A stretch of 64,000 nucleotides of DNA from Pelomyxa schiedti (lineage: Eukaryota; Protista; Evosea): NCBI GenBank assembly GCA_020536535.1, contig JAHLWZ010000761.1:4053-68052 (forward strand). Reading direction: 5' to 3'. The notes below the pieces were generated by a model, which did no database searches, was not told where the DNA came from, and saw only the letters and a list, made by a program, of their open reading frames with translations. Positions 61,484 to 64,000 of the stretch are shown here, one piece after another (the first letter of the stretch is position 1; each line of letters begins with the position of its first letter). The position numbers were made by a program, and so were the translations under genes.

Positions 61484-61734
61484 GAGACTGTAGCCTATAC
61501 TACTATTTGGAAAAGAAATGTAGTATTTTTTTTCCCAGTACCTTTTTTTTCCTTCCTTGCTCCATGCTAAGCACAAACAAATACGTGGACTCGTAGTTAT
61601 TCCTTGTCACAGGAACCTTCTTCTTGTTGTTTTTTTCGAAAAGAAAGCGAAACATCATCAAAGCAGTGATAAAAAGAAAAAAACCATAGGAAGAAGAAAA
61701 CTTTAAATAAATTAAAAAGTTGTTGTGTTAAATA

Positions 61735-63754
61735 ATGGCTACGCGAACGACGGCGAGTGCTGCTACAACAACACCCACAAGTGCGAGTAGCACAAGTGGC
61801 AACAGCGGTGGGTTCTCGATTGGGCTCCGGCTCAGTGATCTCAATGACTTCATTGCCCCATCTCAGGCGTGCGTCAAACCAGTCAATGTCCCCAAAGATC
61901 CCTCTCAAAAGGTTATTTTTTTGCTGTTTCGTCGGAGGGAAATGGACATGCTCACACTCGTTCGCAATTTACTGAAACAAACACCACAGCGTGCAAAAAT
62001 TGAGCTGGCTGATGATGGGACCTACGTGGAAGTTGCTGATGATGGGACACAAAAGGCGTTGATGACTGCTAAAATCACGTTAAATGACTGCCTTGCTTGC
62101 AGGTGAATGAAATTCCGTTTCTTTATCTTTTTGTTTGACACTGCAATATGTACTGACACTAAAAAAAGTGGTTGCATCACTTCAGCAGAAAGCGTTCTGG
62201 TTACTGCACAGTCAATAGATGAGTTCTTAAAACAGTTACAAAGTGGTAGGCTTTTTTCTTTGTACTTTCACGTCCCATACTAACTTTCCAGGAAAAACCA
62301 CTGTTGTTTCCATTTCTCCACAGTCTCGTGCCTCTATTGCTGCATACTTTCACCTCACCGCAATTCAGGTTAGCAGTAAAATCTCTGACGCCAATAACAA
62401 TTTCCACAGACATTCAAAAAACTCACGCACTTCTTTAAAACCCTTGGCGTGTCCTATGTCTTTGACACAAGTTTTGGGTAGTTCTTTCCTGCATTCCATA
62501 CAATTTAACGCCGCACAACAGCCGAGAGTTTTCGTTACTTGAAACTGCCTCTGATTTCATTGCCCGTCATAGTAGTGCTGATCCAGCACACCCTCTTCCC
62601 ATGTTAGCTTCCTCCTGCCCTGGTACCCACTGAAGCCCGGTTATTTCCTTGCATTAACTTTTTTAAGGTTGGATTTGCTACGCTGAGAAAACACACCCCG
62701 AATGCCTACCCAATATTAGCACTGCCAAGTCTCCTCAAGCAGTAATGGGAACCCTCATTAAATATCACTTCGCACCTTCATTGCACGTGATGTACGCAAT
62801 GATCTACATAAATAATTAAATCTTATCCATGCCAAGGCCTGCTGATATATATCACGTCACAATAATGCCATGTTATGACAAGAAACTGGAAGCATCTCGA
62901 GATGATTTCTATAATCCAACTACAAAGGCTCACGACGTTGATACTGTGTTGTCAACAATAGAAGTAATTGACTTGCTCACAACTAAGGCTGTCGATTTTG
63001 CCAACCTTCCCGAAGCCACCCTTGATACCCTGTACCTCTAAGATGACGAAGTAAATTGACTTACTGTGTCCACAGCTATAGCAATGCTGAAAACGACATT
63101 TTATTTGGGCAAAAGTCTGGCTCAGGGGGCTACCTTGAGTACTTAGTTTACCGTGCCGCCACAGATATATTCCATGTCGACCCCCCTAAAACCCTTGAAT
63201 TCCGGCCTGTATGCAATACGGACTTCAGAGAAACCATTTTAAAGGTTATCACCTTCGGCCCTCATTAAACTTAATTACTCTCCAGGACAGGGAAGGGAAT
63301 GTACTCATGCGATTTGCCAAAGCATATGGTTTCCGGAATATCACGAATGTAACCAGGAGGCTTAAAGCAAGAACCCTAGAATATGCATTTGTGGAGATAA
63401 TGGCCTGCCCCTTTGGTAGTTTCTTTCCTTTGTGATTTTCTTTCTAAGTCTTTCAGGTTGCCTTTGCGGTGGAGGCCAAATCCGACCAGCTCCACCACAA
63501 ACACCAGAAAGTTTGCGTTCCGAAGTAGAAGTAATTTATGATAACCAACAGGTCCGTACAGTTACCCAATTGCATTTTTCCCTAACATTTTTTTTTCTCA
63601 CTTCATACAGGAAGTACGCTTACCAGATGACAATACCACAGTCCGAGGAATCTACGAAAGTTGGGTACAAACCAGAAGCAAAGCATTACTACATACACAA
63701 TATCATACCAGGGCAAACACCACCCGAACCAACCCTATGAATATCCAATGGTGA
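61735..63754 (+). CDS. CIAO3: Nar1/IOP1 hydrogenase-like cytosolic Fe-S assembly factor
   Basis: [72 protein letters not shown], and C-terminal LHTQYH...NIQW*. Confidence 0.95.
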
Positions 63755-64000
63755 ATAACTATTAGATAAAAAGTACAAGATACACACCAAAGCCAAACGG
63801 ACTTTCAATGGAATTAAAAAGATAATTAAAGTGAATATGTATTGCCATCATCTGTGCTTCTTCCTTTTTTCTTTCTTTCTTTTTTTTTCCCCCCAGCATC
63901 ATTTTGTTGCTTCTTCGTAATTCGCAGCCAGCCAGAGTCTGTCTTTCTTCTTCAAAGGAAGCCACCACACCACCAAGAACAAGTGGGTCTGCTCACTACA

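Noticed and set aside
61735-63754. [FeFe]-hydrogenase
   Set aside because: The N-terminal [17 protein letters not shown], the CLACSGC ferredoxin-like motif and the terminal Trp are diagnostic of Nar1/CIAO3 rather than a catalytic hydrogenase.
63762-64000. Minus-strand ORF at the window end
   Set aside because: Low-complexity, UTR-like sequence. It may be the 3' end of a gene outside the window but cannot be supported here.

Overview
Eukaryotic, intron-rich and very gene-dense nuclear DNA. Introns are short (about 40-200 nt) GT-AG introns with poly-T/poly-A tracts, so the supplied ORF track fragments most genes. All gene models below were spliced by hand and are approximate. The glycine-cleavage H protein with a short presequence, Nar1/CIAO3, a CudA-like factor, LBP/BPI and the compact layout suggest an anaerobic amoebozoan such as the archamoeba Pelomyxa; this is an inference, not a database result. 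About 24 protein genes are supported: RhoGAP, MFSD6-like transporter, C2/class-V aminotransferase fusion, LBP/BPI, M28 peptidase, UBL-F-box-WD40, GCSH, CudA-like, RING, RasGAP, F-box/LRR, WD40-C1-Sec7-PH, F-box-RCC1, Mis18, SRRM1, metallophosphoesterase, a giant Ser/Lys repeat protein spanning three 100-N gaps, copine, PP2C, triple-YjbQ, sirtuin, NAK kinase, an unknown membrane protein, BiP and Nar1. No rRNA, tRNA, CRISPR or transposon was recognised. Most notable: (1) a roughly 2,800-aa repeat protein with about 50 poly-Ser/RKRK modules, a His-rich PHVEV region and amphipathic FFG motifs; (2) a copine/vWA protein whose N-terminus mimics the histone H3 tail (MPRTQQTARKS); (3) an intronless three-repeat YjbQ protein with conserved motifs split between repeats; (4) two apparent pseudoenzymes, a C2-fused PLP enzyme with Lys replaced by Arg and a Sec7 domain lacking the glutamic finger.
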